Below, one piece after another: positions 63,818 to 64,000 of a stretch of DNA of 64,000 nt. The translations under genes and the position numbers were made by a program. The notes under the pieces were generated by a model. It had not been told where the DNA came from. It worked only from the letters and a program-made list of their open reading frames with translations, and ran no database searches. Where the stretch lies: positions 8,833-72,832 of the forward strand of contig JBMONM010000120.1 in assembly GCA_049324675.1 (NCBI GenBank), in the 5' to 3' direction. This DNA comes from Thermodesulfobacteriota bacterium (GTDB taxonomy: Bacteria > Desulfobacterota > Desulfovibrionia > Desulfovibrionales > Desulfovibrionaceae). Every line of letters begins with the position of its first letter. Positions within the stretch are counted from its first letter, which is position 1.

Positions 63818-64000
63818 TCAGGGCTCCCGGCGTCGTGTGTCCCCGGTCCGGGACGACAGGGCGGCCCGGGCCAGGCCGGGAACGTCCAGGACCAGGGCCA
63901 TGTGTCCGTCCTCGGTCACGGTGCCGCCCAAAATCCCCGCGATCCGTCCCAGGGCCGGCCCCAGGCTCTTGAGCACGGCCTGTTTCTGCCCCAGCACCTC
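63818..64000 (-). CDS. C-terminal 60 residues of a CheW-domain protein (CheA or CheW); the 5' part lies right of the window
   Basis: Not in the track. The reverse complement reads EVLGQKQAVLKSLGPALGRIAGILGGTVTEDGHMALVLDVPGLARAALSSRTGDTRRREP then a stop (TGA at 63820-63818). The ...GGTVTEDGHMALVLDV... segment resembles the end of the CheW-like domain. Confidence 0.65.
   Translation of the reverse strand, partial: EVLGQKQAVLKSLGPALGRIAGILGGTVTEDGHMALVLDVPGLARAALSSRTGDTRRREP

Noticed and set aside
60284-64000. ParA as a chemotaxis-array positioning ATPase (ParC/PpfA-like), given the che genes at 62854-64000.
   Set aside because: The parA is not inside the che operon. It is separated from it by three opposite-strand genes (secreted protein, tatA, PAPS-reductase-like). 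It is translationally linked to its own winged-helix partner instead.

Overview
This is a GC-rich bacterial window. Its composition and gene content (NadE, TatA, CheA/Y/D, PAPS-related genes) suggest a Desulfovibrio-type deltaproteobacterium, but I cannot verify that here.

**Glycan locus (about 1-55341).** Most of the window is one very large surface-glycan locus arranged in alternating transcription blocks.
- **Block 1, minus strand, 14291 down to 1.** It holds a split ABC O-polysaccharide exporter: wzm at 608-1444 and wzt, with a C-terminal extension, at 7622-8887. It also holds GT2/GT4 glycosyltransferases, three SAM methyltransferases, an SGNH-like protein and a full-length transketolase. 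A NeuB-family nonulosonate synthase runs off the left edge.
- **Block 2, plus strand, 14441-35174.** It starts with a GT2 and a Sat-like/APS-kinase fusion, then a large membrane protein, a double-GT2, gmd-fcl-manB-manC and another GT2. These are followed by a membrane-domain/SASA-esterase fusion, a formyltransferase-aminotransferase fusion and a DPM1/ArnC-like GT2. The block ends with a methyltransferase, a radical SAM/SPASM protein and a WbqC-family protein.
- **Block 3, minus strand, 51187 down to 35211.** It starts with WbpD/WbpB/WbpE-like genes, then SDR/aminotransferase/PglD-like genes and a GtrB-like GT2. A short tyrosine recombinase follows, preceded by an AT-rich inverted-repeat-bounded segment. 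Downstream are a YfhO-like membrane protein, a second GtrB/CsbB-like GT2, three methyltransferases and two radical SAM proteins.
- **Remaining glycan genes.** These are a GT-C-like membrane protein (51385-53214, plus strand) and a GT4 plus SDR pair (53240-55341, minus strand).

**Right-hand 9 kb.**
- Minus strand, left to right: an orphan HlyD-like adaptor, nadE, an EF-hand lipoprotein, then a low-complexity winged-helix protein and the parA it is coupled to.
- Plus strand: a small secreted protein, tatA and a PAPS-reductase-family protein.
- Right edge, minus strand: cheD, a cheY-like gene and a CheA/CheW C-terminus.

**General points.**
- Thirteen gene junctions are 1-4 nt start/stop overlaps (ATGA, GTGA, TGATG), so translational coupling is pervasive.
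- I found no rRNA, tRNA or CRISPR.
- Many long ORFs in the track are Arg/Gly/Pro/Ala-rich shadow frames of the GC-rich genes, and I discarded them.
- Several track ORFs are read-through extensions from GTG/TTG codons, and I trimmed them to plausible starts.

**Most interesting hypotheses.**
- A FimB/E-style invertible promoter may sit in front of an eight-gene recombinase/YfhO/GT2/radical-SAM/methyltransferase module.
- That module itself matches no pathway I can name.
- An Arn-like route may exist for a formamido sugar, built from two unusual fusion proteins.
- An APS-kinase fusion with a degenerate sulfurylase domain has no visible sulfotransferase partner.
- A8/T8 tracts occur inside glycan genes, which is unexpected in such GC-rich DNA.
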